Shown here in pieces: positions 17,979 to 27,121 of a DNA stretch of 64,000 bases. Source of the DNA: Acidimicrobiia bacterium (lineage in GTDB: Bacteria; Actinomycetota; Acidimicrobiia; Spongiisociales; ZC4RG35). The DNA is taken from contig JBIOVB010000107.1 of the NCBI GenBank assembly GCA_044867525.1, forward strand, positions 25,419 to 89,418, read 5' to 3'. Below the pieces are notes generated by a model. It had not been told where the DNA came from. It ran no database searches and saw only the letters and a list, made by a program, of their open reading frames with translations. The translations under genes and the position numbers were made by a program. Position 1 is the stretch's first letter; each line of letters opens with the position of its first letter.

Positions 17979-19133
17979 TCAGGTCAGGACTCGCCGGCAC
18001 GACCAGGGCTTCCAAAAGCCCTGCCCCAGCGCCTCGTAGCGTTTACCCAGCCACGCAGCGGTGCCGATGTTGGCCACCGGGTCGAACGGCTCCGCGCCGG
18101 CGAAACCGGCCTTCGGCGAGGTGGCCGCCCAGGTCGATGGGAGGAATTGGAACAGGCCCGAAGCCCCGGTGTAGGGGTTGTATGCGTCCGGATCGCCCAG
18201 GCTCTCACATTGGAGGACTGCGAGAGCTTCATCCACCCGCGAGGCCGGGAAATACGCACTGACCTCGTCCCGCCACCGCTCGATTGCCGCCGGGAACTCC
18301 CTGCGCTCGCCGCCGCCACCACCACCGCCGTCCTCGGTTGTCGGCGGATTGGGCCGGGTGGTCGTGGTGGGCTCCTCGGCAGGCTCGGGCGTCGTCGTGT
18401 CCGGCGGGGGCCGCTCCTCCTGCCTCCGCTGTTCGGCTTCGCGGGCGCGAGCGGCGTCGACCGCGCTCAACGCCTCCCCGTACGCCGCTGCGGAGCGATC
18501 CGCGTCGCGGATCGCCTCCGCAACAGCGGCGTCGGCCTCCTCATAGAGGGCTGCGAGGTTCTCGACCTCGGCGTCCACCTCGGCCTTGAGCTCTCCCACC
18601 CGGTCCTGTTCCGCCCGAAACGAAGCGATCAAACCCTCGAGGTCCTCGCGCTTGATCACCAGCCGGTCGACTTCCTGTCGCCCGGTGTCGATCAAGTCCT
18701 CGACGAAGAGCCCGGTCACCATGACGTCCTCGACATCGCGCGAGTTGACGAAGTTCACCCCGGGTGAGCCGAGGGCGGTCATGTAGGCATCAACAGCACC
18801 GGTCTCGATGTCCTCCTGGATGCCCACCAGCTCGGCGTCGGCGAACCCCACCTGCTCCCGAAGGCGGTCGACTCCGGCCGACACCCTGGAGAGCTCGTCG
18901 GCGAGGGTGCTGATCCGGGCCATGCTCTCCGCCAACTCGGCCTCGATCCCGGAGCGCTCGGCCAACGCACTGTCGACCAGGCCCGCGGCCACCTCGGCGT
19001 CCTGTTCGGCGTCCTCGGCTGCATCTTCGGCGTCGTCGACACTCTGGGCGTGGGCGGGGAGCACTGCCCCGTTCAAGGCGGAGACAGCCAGCGTCAATGC
19101 CAGGACGAAGGGAAGGCTGCGGCGGAGGCGCAT
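17979..19133 (-). CDS. Secreted coiled-coil protein with a C-terminal lytic-transglycosylase (SLT-like) domain
   Basis: Signal peptide (LALTLAVSALNGAVLPAHA), long Ala/Glu-rich heptad region, Pro/Thr and Gly6 linker. C-terminus LQCESLGDPDAYNPYTGASGLFQFLPSTW has the catalytic Glu-Ser and GLxQ pattern of SLT domains. Confidence 0.65.
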   Translation of the reverse strand: MRLRRSLPFVLALTLAVSALNGAVLPAHAQSVDDAEDAAEDAEQDAEVAAGLVDSALAERSGIEAELAESMARISTLADELSRVSAGVDRLREQVGFADAELVGIQEDIETGAVDAYMTALGSPGVNFVNSRDVEDVMVTGLFVEDLIDTGRQEVDRLVIKREDLEGLIASFRAEQDRVGELKAEVDAEVENLAALYEEADAAVAEAIRDADRSAAAYGEALSAVDAARAREAEQRRQEERPPPDTTTPEPAEEPTTTTRPNPPTTEDGGGGGGGERREFPAAIERWRDEVSAYFPASRVDEALAVLQCESLGDPDAYNPYTGASGLFQFLPSTWAATSPKAGFAGAEPFDPVANIGTAAWLGKRYEALGQGFWKPWSCRRVLT

Positions 19134-19206
19134 CGGTGGCTGGTGAGGGTAACCAATGCCCGTTGTTCACGGGAAGTGAGGCAGCTCTCGGCGTATCGTC
19201 CGCCCA

Positions 19207-19626
19207 ATGACCCGGATCAACATCTCTTCGGGCTCGCCGTACGAGCCAGTGATCGGCTTCAGTCGTGCGGTGCGCATCGGCAACCGGGTTCTGGTCTCCG
19301 GGACGGCTCCGATCTGGCCCGATGGGGAGGTAGATCCCGACCCGGGGGCGCAGGCTCGCCGCTGCCTCGAGATCATCCTCGATGCTCTCTACCAGGCCGG
19401 GGCGAGACCTTCAGACGTCGTCCGCACCCGTGTCTACATCTCCACCCGCGCCATCGCCGACGAAGTGGGCCGTGTCATGGGGGAGGTTTTCGGGACGGTC
19501 CTGCCGGCATCGACGATGATCGTTGTCAGCGGGTTCCTCGACGAGCGATGGGTCGTCGAGATCGAGGCCGAGGCGGAAGTAGGGCATCCTCAGCCTGAGC
19601 CGAAAGTGTCACAGGAGGAAGGCTGA
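19207..19626 (+). CDS. RidA/YjgF/Endoribonuclease L-PSP family protein
   Basis: Size and motifs (RVLVSGT..., RTRVYIST...EVFG) are typical of RidA. Confidence 0.75.
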   Translation: MTRINISSGSPYEPVIGFSRAVRIGNRVLVSGTAPIWPDGEVDPDPGAQARRCLEIILDALYQAGARPSDVVRTRVYISTRAIADEVGRVMGEVFGTVLPASTMIVVSGFLDERWVVEIEAEAEVGHPQPEPKVSQEEG

Positions 19627-20420
19627 CCGGTCTCGTACCCGGTCATGGTCCACTGAGCGCGAGCCTCGGCGGAACCGTGGGTCCAGGTCTCGGGGTTGAT
19701 CTGTCCCGTGGCCTGCCTCTGGATGCGGTCGTCGCCGACCGCGGCGGCAGCCTCGATTGCCTCCTGGATCTCCCCGGGATCGAGCTCCACGTTCGCACCG
19801 CTGCCCTGGGCCACTTGCAGGGTGCCTGCCCAGACACCTGCGAAGCAATCTGCCTGGAGCTCCATGGCGACCGAGAGCTCGTTCGCCTGGTCCGGGCTCT
19901 GCTGTTGCATTCCGCGAACCTCTTCGGAGACGCCAAGCACGGTCTGGATGTGATGACCGAACTCGTGAGCCATCACATAGGCGGGTGCGAAGTCACCCCG
20001 AGCCCCGAAGTCGTCCCGAAGCTGGTTGAAGAAGTCGAAGTCGAGATAGATGTTCTCGTCGAGTGGGCAGTAATGGGGCCCGACTGCTTCGTCTGCACCC
20101 CCACACGCCGAGTTGGTGAACTGCTCGAAGAAGACCAACCCCGGGGCTCGATAGTCGTCCCTCCCTGCCTCCGCGAAGATCTCGGACCACATGAGGTCGA
20201 GATCGATGTAGACCGAGTTCATGTAGTCCCGCATCTCCGCGTAGGGATCCGTCGCCGGGTCGAGGGTGCCTGCGTTGGCAGGGGCAGCTGGAGAGAGGGC
20301 CCCGGTGAGATCCTCGAGCTGCTCGACGGAAGGACCGCCACCGAGGAAAATCACGACCAGGGCCACGACGATCCCGATCACCCCGGCGCCGCCGCCAAGG
20401 GCCGCGCCTCGCCTAGTCAT
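19590..20420 (-). CDS. Membrane-anchored neutral zinc metallopeptidase (YpfJ/Zn_peptidase family)
   Basis: N-terminal TM helix. HEFGHH zinc-binding motif (AYVMAHEFGHHIQ). Confidence 0.7.
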   Translation of the reverse strand: MTRRGAALGGGAGVIGIVVALVVIFLGGGPSVEQLEDLTGALSPAAPANAGTLDPATDPYAEMRDYMNSVYIDLDLMWSEIFAEAGRDDYRAPGLVFFEQFTNSACGGADEAVGPHYCPLDENIYLDFDFFNQLRDDFGARGDFAPAYVMAHEFGHHIQTVLGVSEEVRGMQQQSPDQANELSVAMELQADCFAGVWAGTLQVAQGSGANVELDPGEIQEAIEAAAAVGDDRIQRQATGQINPETWTHGSAEARAQWTMTGYETGQPSSCDTFGSG

Positions 20421-20563
20421 GGTCTGGCCCCGCCGGTCTTCGACGCCCTTGGCCTGGGCTTGTTTCCTGTATCTGACCATTCCGGAGGGCTCCAATGAAA
20501 CCTACCCCGGGTCGGGAACGCGGAACCACCCGATCCGGTTGAATGAGGCCAGGAGGTCGTCAC

Positions 20564-21202
20564 ATGTTCGGATCGAGGAAGACTGCTGTCCCGGAGGCCA
20601 CTCAGGCGCTCCCCGGTCGCGGAACGCCGGTGGCGGTGCCGGCTGCTCATTTCGTCAATGGCAATCCGTTGACCGCGCCATTCCCTGAAGACACCGAGAT
20701 CGCCGTGTTCGGGATGGGATGTTTCTGGGGGGCGGAGCGAAGGTTCTGGCAGATGCCTGGCGTGCACACGACCGCCGCCGGCTATGCCGGTGGCATCACT
20801 CCCAACCCGTCATACGAGGAGGTGTGCACCGGGCGCACCGGGCATTCCGAAGTGGTCATGGTCGTCTACCGGCCTGCCCAGGTCTCCTACGAGGAGTTGC
20901 TGAGGGTCTTTTGGGAGACCCACGACCCCACCCAAGGGATGCGCCAGGGAAACGACATCGGCTCCCAATACCGCTCCGCGATCTACACCACCACCGACGA
21001 GCAACTGGAGGTGGCGAAACGGTCGCTGGACAAGTACCAGGCCGAGTTGACCCCACTCGGCTTTGGGGATATCACGACCGAGATCACCCCCCTCGGGGAG
21101 TTCTACTACGCCGAGGACTATCACCAGCAGTATCTGGGGAAGAACCCGCATGGCTACGACTGTCATGCCAACACAGGCATTGCCTACCCGCTGGAGGGTT
21201 GA
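20564..21202 (+). CDS. msrA: Peptide methionine sulfoxide reductase MsrA
   Basis: GCFWG active-site motif ([18 protein letters not shown]) and GYAGG. Confidence 0.9.
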   Translation: MFGSRKTAVPEATQALPGRGTPVAVPAAHFVNGNPLTAPFPEDTEIAVFGMGCFWGAERRFWQMPGVHTTAAGYAGGITPNPSYEEVCTGRTGHSEVVMVVYRPAQVSYEELLRVFWETHDPTQGMRQGNDIGSQYRSAIYTTTDEQLEVAKRSLDKYQAELTPLGFGDITTEITPLGEFYYAEDYHQQYLGKNPHGYDCHANTGIAYPLEG

Positions 21203-21217
21203 CAGGGAATCCCCGGT

Positions 21218-22618
21218 TCACCCGGGGCGGCCGCCGCTCATGGCAAGCGACGCGGTGAGGGCCTCGTCCACGACCTGGTCCACAGATAGGCCGGGCTCGA
21301 GGTGCTTCTCAACGTCGGGGGTGACCCCGACACCACCGAAGTCGAGCCCGCCAGGTGTCACCCAGCGGGCGATGGTCAGCTTCAGAGCACCGCCGTTGGC
21401 CAATCCGAATCGCTGCTGGACGGTGTTCTTGCCAAAGGTGCTCTCACCGATGACGGTCGCCCGTCCTCTCTCCTGCAGCACGGCGGAGACGACCTCCGAA
21501 GCCGACGCGCTCCCTTTGTTGACCACGAACACCACGTCGAGATCGGAAGGCACGATCGGTTGGCCGGAGACCTCATATGAGGTCTCTGATTCCGGTCCCT
21601 GGGTGACAACCACGTCCCCATCGGCGAGGAAAACCGATGCCACCTCGATCGCGGTGTCGAGAAGGCCGCCGGGGTTGTCGCGAAGGTCGATTACCAGCGA
21701 CTCGACGCCTTGTCCGAGCAGGCGAGAGACCGCTTCTTCGAACTGTTCGTCCGCTCCGTCGGTGAACAGGTTGAGCCTCACATATCCCGCTTCGCCGACG
21801 GTTTCGCTCTCCACCACGGGGATGACCACGTCGGCCCTGGTGATGGTCAGGGTGAGACGATCGTGGTCCCTGAGGACCTCGAGTTCGACCTCCGTGCCCG
21901 CCGGCCCCCTCACGGTTGCGGTCACTTCGTCGACCGTCCAGCCCGAGACGTCGCTGCCGTCGACGGCGACGATGACGTCGCCGGAACGCAGACCCGCCTG
22001 AGCCGCGGGGCTATCGGTGATGGTGGAGATGATCGTGAGACGACAGGTCTCCGAGACGATGGCACATTGGCCGGGGTCTCCATCCGCTGAGTCTTCGGCG
22101 CTGACGAGGGCGCCGATCCCCTGGATCTCGCCATCCTGTTCCTGGTCGAGCAGGTCGAGGGCGTTCCGGTCGAGATACACCGAGTTGGGGTCGAGGGCGT
22201 ACTTGGCAACTCCGGCGACCATGGCCTCGGCAGCCTCGGTGGCACTTTCTGCCTCGTCGAGGGCAAGCCGGCACGTCGCGTCGAATTCACCCGTCGGAGC
22301 GGCACACATCAGTTCGCCCTGGCTGGCAGCTCCATCGAGGTCGGACACGCCCCGGGCCGCCGCCTCGGCGAGCTCGGTATCGGACACTTGATCGACGTAG
22401 TTGCGCTGGATCAGGTCGTAGGCCTGGCATACGATCTCGACCTCTTCAACCGGGGCATCACACCCCGAGATCTGGAGCTCACGCGCCGTCTCGGACGGTG
22501 TGGGACCGGGGACGGTCGTCGCCTCCGGAGTGTCGGGGCCTGCGTCGGGCCGGCTGCAACCGGAAACCACAAGGGCCATGGCGGCGGCGATGCCGAGCCG
22601 AATGGCCCATCGACTCAT
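21218..22618 (-). CDS. S41 family C-terminal processing protease, lipoprotein (paralog 1)
   Basis: Lipobox LVVSGCS, PDZ region, S41 catalytic core (DLRDNPGG...TFGK). Confidence 0.8.
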   Translation of the reverse strand: MSRWAIRLGIAAAMALVVSGCSRPDAGPDTPEATTVPGPTPSETARELQISGCDAPVEEVEIVCQAYDLIQRNYVDQVSDTELAEAAARGVSDLDGAASQGELMCAAPTGEFDATCRLALDEAESATEAAEAMVAGVAKYALDPNSVYLDRNALDLLDQEQDGEIQGIGALVSAEDSADGDPGQCAIVSETCRLTIISTITDSPAAQAGLRSGDVIVAVDGSDVSGWTVDEVTATVRGPAGTEVELEVLRDHDRLTLTITRADVVIPVVESETVGEAGYVRLNLFTDGADEQFEEAVSRLLGQGVESLVIDLRDNPGGLLDTAIEVASVFLADGDVVVTQGPESETSYEVSGQPIVPSDLDVVFVVNKGSASASEVVSAVLQERGRATVIGESTFGKNTVQQRFGLANGGALKLTIARWVTPGGLDFGGVGVTPDVEKHLEPGLSVDQVVDEALTASLAMSGGRPG

Positions 22619-24000
22619 CGGGCCACCTCAAGGGCTTGGTCGACCACCTGGTCGGGGCTCAGGTCTGCTGAGAGTGTGAGGGGATGATCGGGGATGATCC
22701 CACCATCGGAAACCGAGTCCCCGGATGGGCTCGTCCAATGGGCGACGGCCACGTAGAGCTCTCCACCGTTGCGAAGGTCAAAGGGTATCTGCACCGCATC
22801 CTTACCGAAGGTGGGCTGTCCCACGATGACGGCGCCAAGCCGGTCTCGGAGTGCGGCTGCCGTGATCTCCGCGGCGGATGCCGTCCCCTCGTTGACCACC
22901 ACAACCACATCCAGACCGGTCGCCACCCCGTCTCCAACGGACAATAGGGGTGCGTCACCGTCCGGGGCGGTGGTCTGGGCGAGCACCCCATCGGAGATGA
23001 ACTCGGACATCACGAGGATCGAGACGTCGACGAAGCCTCCCGGGTTGTCTCGCAAGTCCACCACCAGGGTGTCGATCCCGCCGTCGAGCAGTTCCAGGAG
23101 ACCATCGCGCACCAGGTCGGCGATGTCCTCCTCGAAGTCCGGGATCCGTATCCATCCAACGCCTTCTCTGGGGATTGCGACCTCGACGGTTGGAACGACC
23201 AGGGCCGCCCTGGTCATCGAAATCTCCTGTGAGCTTCCCCCGCGGTCGATGGTGACTTCGACCTCCCCGGTTTCGTCGCCCGAGAGCAGGCCGGCCGCCT
23301 CCACGAAGCCGAGACCGTCTACCGCCTCTCCGTCGATCGCCGTGATCACGTCTCCAGCGGCCATTCCCGCCGCGGCCGCGGGATTGTCCTCGACGACGAA
23401 GACGATGCGGAGCGGGCAGGAAGCCGTGACCCTCACGCACCGCGACCCGACCGCGTCGGTCGCGTCGAGGAGCACTCCGATCCCACCGACTACGCCGTTG
23501 GCCCGAAAGGAACCGACCTGGTCGGGCGGTACGTAATAGGAGAAGGGATCGAGCGCCAGGTCGATCATGGATGTCACCGCCGCTCCGATCGTCGGAGCCA
23601 GGGGAACCGAGGTTGCGCCGATCCGGGCTCCGAGCAGATCACACATCGGGGCGAATGCCGCGTCTGGGACTGCGCAGATCAGTGCCCGTGGCGGGGGCTC
23701 GGTCGCCTCGGTCTCGAACCCCTCCACTCCGGCGATCGCCGCCTGGGCGAGGCTGTCGGCATCGAAGGGCCGGTCGACGTGCCACTCCTGGATCAGTTCG
23801 TACGACTCGCAGAGCGGCGAGAAGGGCACGGACGGCGCCGAGCAGTCCTGTATCTCGACTGGAAGTGCGAGCGTGGTCGATGTCGTGGCCACCCTCGTCG
23901 TCGACGGCGCCAAGGGCACGGTGGTGGTGCTCGACGTGGCAACCGACGACGACGAACAAGCCACGAGCAGGAAGGCGATGGCGATCGTCGGCTTGAACAT
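22615..24000 (-). CDS. S41 family C-terminal processing protease, lipoprotein (paralog 2, tandem)
   Basis: Lipobox LLVACSS, DLRDNPGG, TFGK. 4-nt overlap with the downstream paralog. Confidence 0.8.
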   Translation of the reverse strand: MFKPTIAIAFLLVACSSSSVATSSTTTVPLAPSTTRVATTSTTLALPVEIQDCSAPSVPFSPLCESYELIQEWHVDRPFDADSLAQAAIAGVEGFETEATEPPPRALICAVPDAAFAPMCDLLGARIGATSVPLAPTIGAAVTSMIDLALDPFSYYVPPDQVGSFRANGVVGGIGVLLDATDAVGSRCVRVTASCPLRIVFVVEDNPAAAAGMAAGDVITAIDGEAVDGLGFVEAAGLLSGDETGEVEVTIDRGGSSQEISMTRAALVVPTVEVAIPREGVGWIRIPDFEEDIADLVRDGLLELLDGGIDTLVVDLRDNPGGFVDVSILVMSEFISDGVLAQTTAPDGDAPLLSVGDGVATGLDVVVVVNEGTASAAEITAAALRDRLGAVIVGQPTFGKDAVQIPFDLRNGGELYVAVAHWTSPSGDSVSDGGIIPDHPLTLSADLSPDQVVDQALEVAR

Positions 24001-24042
24001 CCCGATCATTATCGGCAAGCGAGGGCGGTTACCGTCGCAGTT

Positions 24043-25113
24043 GTGAGCCCGCGTTTCTCACTCCGGCAACCCGGTTCGGAGCCGGTCCTCCTCGACGTTG
24101 CAGGAGGGATCTGGGTCGAGCCCGAGCGGCCCGCTGCTGAGGTGATCGGGCACGAGCTCTGGGCTCTCCCCGGGCTAGTGGACGCCCATGCCCACTTCGC
24201 TGCCGCAGAGGGCGAGAGTTGGGTCCCCGCGGGGGTCGACGGTGCAGAGCACAGCGCCAGGCGAGCGCTCGAGGCGGGGGTGATGCTCGCACTGGACAAG
24301 GGGTGGAGCGATATGACAGTGCTCGAGATGTTGGCTCGGGTTGGCCCTCAGAACCGGCCAGACATCGAAGCCGCAGGTGTTGTCCTCGCTGTCGATGGGG
24401 GGTACTGGCCGGATTTCGCCAAAGAGATCGACCCCGCGGTCATCGCCGAAGCGGTGGGGGACGCAGCGAAGGAGGCCAATGGCTGGGTCAAGTTGATAGG
24501 CGACTGGCCGCGTCGCAGCCAGGGACCCGTCGCCAACTTCAACGAGGAGCAGTTGCGGACCGCGGTCGACGTGGCAACCGGGCTCGGCGCCCGGGTCGCG
24601 ATCCACACCATGGCCCGCGAGGTCCCGTCCCTTGCGGTGAGCGCCGGTGTCCACTCGATAGAGCACGGGATGTTCCTCGACGAAGCAGATCTCGCCCTCC
24701 TGGGCCAACGAGGCGGGATGTGGGTGCCCACAGTCCTCCAGGTCGATTCCGTGATCACCCAGTTGGGTGTCGAGTCCTCGGGCGGGAGGTTGCTTCGAGA
24801 AGGCCTCGAGAACGTGGCCAGACTGCTGGACACCGCCGTGGAGGCCGGGGTCCACGTCCTGACCGGCACCGATCTGGCTGTAGGGCCACGACGAGTTGCC
24901 GAAGAGGCGATACGGCTCTGGGAGATGGGCATGTCGGCGTCAGCGGTGGTCGCCGCCGTGTCCGGCTCTGGGCTGTTGGCCAACGACCGGGCCGCGAGTT
25001 TCGAGCCGGGCGAAGCGGCGAATGCCGTGTTCTACGAGTCCGACCCGATTGGCGATCCCCGGATCCTGGCTCACCCCAAAGGGGTTCTCCGGCTGGGGAG
25101 GCTGCTGGGATGA
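24043..25113 (+). CDS. Metal-dependent amidohydrolase family protein
   Basis: HAHF metal-binding motif near the N-terminus (GLVDAHAHFAA) and later His/Asp positions. GTG start. The long upstream track ORF is antisense to the S41 gene. Confidence 0.65.
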   Translation: MSPRFSLRQPGSEPVLLDVAGGIWVEPERPAAEVIGHELWALPGLVDAHAHFAAAEGESWVPAGVDGAEHSARRALEAGVMLALDKGWSDMTVLEMLARVGPQNRPDIEAAGVVLAVDGGYWPDFAKEIDPAVIAEAVGDAAKEANGWVKLIGDWPRRSQGPVANFNEEQLRTAVDVATGLGARVAIHTMAREVPSLAVSAGVHSIEHGMFLDEADLALLGQRGGMWVPTVLQVDSVITQLGVESSGGRLLREGLENVARLLDTAVEAGVHVLTGTDLAVGPRRVAEEAIRLWEMGMSASAVVAAVSGSGLLANDRAASFEPGEAANAVFYESDPIGDPRILAHPKGVLRLGRLLG

Positions 25114-25706
25114 GGCTGGTGTTGGCCTCGGGCTCGACGCGGCGCCGGGAAATCCTGGCCCGACTCGGGCTCGATTTCGATGTGATGGCTCCCGATGTCG
25201 ATGAGACTCGGCGACCCGACGAGGCGCCCGCGATCTATGTCGATCGTGTGGCCCGGGCCAAGGCGGAATCCGTGGTCGCCGACGGTCTCGTGGTCGTTGC
25301 GGCCGACACGACCGTGGTTTTCGACGGAAAGGTCTTCGGCAAGCCGGCCCACCCTGAGGAGGCCCGAGCGATGCTGCGGCGCCTCCAGGGCACGACGCAC
25401 GAGGTGTTCACCTCATTGGCCGTCGCCGTGTTGGAGGAAACCGCGCGGGTCTCCTCGATCGTTGACATGACTGAAGTGGAGATGGTTCCGATGACCGAGG
25501 ACGAGATCGCAGACTACGTGACGAGCGGGGAGCCGATGGACAAGGCGGGCGCCTACGCCTTGCAGGGATGGGGCGGGCTGTATGTCAAGCGGGTGGCTGG
25601 CAGCCCTTTCACCGTGATCGGACTACCCGTGCATCTGCTCGAGCGTCTGATCGGTTCGACGGGGCACAAGCTGTCCCGGTTCCGCCTCCAAGGAGTGGGT
25701 AGATGA
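25110..25706 (+). CDS. maf: Maf-like nucleoside triphosphate pyrophosphatase
   Basis: LVLASGSTRRREIL and YALQGWGG motifs. ATGA overlap with the upstream gene. Confidence 0.85.
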   Translation: MRLVLASGSTRRREILARLGLDFDVMAPDVDETRRPDEAPAIYVDRVARAKAESVVADGLVVVAADTTVVFDGKVFGKPAHPEEARAMLRRLQGTTHEVFTSLAVAVLEETARVSSIVDMTEVEMVPMTEDEIADYVTSGEPMDKAGAYALQGWGGLYVKRVAGSPFTVIGLPVHLLERLIGSTGHKLSRFRLQGVGR

Positions 25707-26680
25707 CCCCGGGACGTGGATGGGCCATTGCCGGAGGAGTTGTTCTCGTCGTGCTGATGATCGTCCTCTTCGCGGTGTGCTCGGATGACGAACCCGGAGA
25801 CTCGACGACGACCTCCGCGGCACCGTCTTCCACGGTCGTCGAAGTCACCACCACCGCCCCGGAGGCCACCACGACATCCATCGCGGCGGAGACCACGACC
25901 TCGGTGGCGGAGACCACGACCACCGTCGACGACGGATTGCTCGAAGGAAACTGGGCGACGGAGCCACTCGTGGTTGCCAGCGTCGGGGCACTTGGCTGGT
26001 GGGACGACGCGACCTGGGTACAAGCCGAAGAGGGCGGCGCGCTTCCGATCTCAGGTGGCGAGGACTACCAGGTGGCCCGATACGGGGTGGAGCAGATCAT
26101 CACCGGGGGCGCCGAGGAGCTGGTGTGCGGCGGGATCGGTCTACCAGGCGTTGCTTTCGATGACCCCGAGGTCTTGGGAAGGGGAGTCGCCATCTCGGCG
26201 CCGTGGGCACTCACACCACATACCGTGGAAGCCGCCGAGGATGATGGCACGTATGCCGCGATCGCCTCCGAGCTGCTCGCAGACCGCGGCCTCATCGTGC
26301 CCGCGCCCGTGATCAAGCAAGTGTTCAGGGTCGACCTGGAGGGTGACGGGGTGAACGAGGTGATCGTGGTCGCCGAGGACGTTCCGGATGCCCTCTACGG
26401 TGAGGTGGGTGATTACTCGATCGTCTTCATGCAGCGGGTGATCGACGCCGACATCACCACCATCGTGTTCGGGGAGTCGGTGATCGTCGAGGTCGCCGAC
26501 GGGGAGTTCGGTTTTCTCGTTTCGTTCGAGGTCCCTGCGATCGCCGATTTGAACGGAGATGGACGGATGGAGATCGTCCTCCACGGGGCCTACTACGAGG
26601 GGGCGGGCGTGGAGGTCTGGGAGTACGTCGGTGACGAATTGGGCTTGCAGAACCAGGTGGCAGGAGGGTGCGGCTCCTGA
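25703..26680 (+). CDS. Membrane-anchored extracytoplasmic protein with a Thr-rich linker (unknown function)
   Basis: N-terminal TM, Thr/Ser/Ala-rich low-complexity stretch, then an acidic globular domain. ATGA overlap with maf. Confidence 0.45.
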   Translation: MTPGRGWAIAGGVVLVVLMIVLFAVCSDDEPGDSTTTSAAPSSTVVEVTTTAPEATTTSIAAETTTSVAETTTTVDDGLLEGNWATEPLVVASVGALGWWDDATWVQAEEGGALPISGGEDYQVARYGVEQIITGGAEELVCGGIGLPGVAFDDPEVLGRGVAISAPWALTPHTVEAAEDDGTYAAIASELLADRGLIVPAPVIKQVFRVDLEGDGVNEVIVVAEDVPDALYGEVGDYSIVFMQRVIDADITTIVFGESVIVEVADGEFGFLVSFEVPAIADLNGDGRMEIVLHGAYYEGAGVEVWEYVGDELGLQNQVAGGCGS

Positions 26681-27093
26681 TGGAGAACCCATTCATCGAC
26701 CGCACCACCTTCGTCGGGCATACGGGGATAGAGCTGACGGACGCCTCAGCTGATCACTGCAATGGCAAAATCGTGATCGACGAGATCCACCATCAGCCCT
26801 ACGGGGTCGTCCACGGTGGCGTCTACTGCACCTTGATCGAGACCCTGGCCTCGACCGGTGCCGCCATCTGGGCCATGGAGAACGGGATGGCCGGAGCGGT
26901 CGGGGTGAGCAACCAGACCGACTTCATCCGGGCCACCGCCGCAGGAGTCCTCCTCGGGGAGGCCACACCCATTCACCGGGGGCGGACCCAGCAGCTGTGG
27001 CAGGTGGTGATCGCCAGGGAGTCGGACGGGAAGCTGGCGGCACGTGGGCAGGTGCGCCTCCAGAATGTGAGCACCACCGACGTAGCCCGGTAG
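26680..27093 (+). CDS. PaaI/hotdog-fold thioesterase
   Basis: GVVHGGVYCTLIETLAS... is the typical PaaI-family core. Confidence 0.7.
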   Translation: MENPFIDRTTFVGHTGIELTDASADHCNGKIVIDEIHHQPYGVVHGGVYCTLIETLASTGAAIWAMENGMAGAVGVSNQTDFIRATAAGVLLGEATPIHRGRTQQLWQVVIARESDGKLAARGQVRLQNVSTTDVAR

Positions 27094-27121
27094 AAGGCCA
27101 TTTCTTCTTAGCCTGTGGGAA

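Noticed and set aside
17282-18262. 326-aa plus-strand ORF antisense to the CaCA antiporter and lytic-transglycosylase genes
   Set aside because: Antisense to two genes with clear family signatures. Its composition is RG-rich.
19677-20498. 273-aa plus-strand ORF antisense to the Zn-metallopeptidase gene
   Set aside because: The minus strand carries the HEFGHH motif and a TM anchor. The plus-strand frame has no features.
21063-23536. Long plus-strand ORFs (21063..22001, 22769..23536) antisense to the two S41 protease genes
   Set aside because: The S41 motifs on the minus strand are decisive. The plus frames are Ser/Thr/Pro/Arg-rich artefacts.
24219-25706. 495-aa plus-strand ORF spanning the amidohydrolase and maf genes
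   Set aside because: It is out of frame relative to both real genes, with an Arg/Gly-rich translation. The Maf motifs (SGSTRR, YALQGWGG) are in the other frame.
25740-25940. Runs of acc/acg codons (poly-Thr/Ser linkers), also at 5470-5500, 30990-31080, 54820-54900, 60790-60860
   Set aside because: Considered as possible CRISPR-like or microsatellite repeats. They are imperfect in-frame codon repeats encoding low-complexity linkers inside lipoprotein genes, not spacer-repeat arrays.
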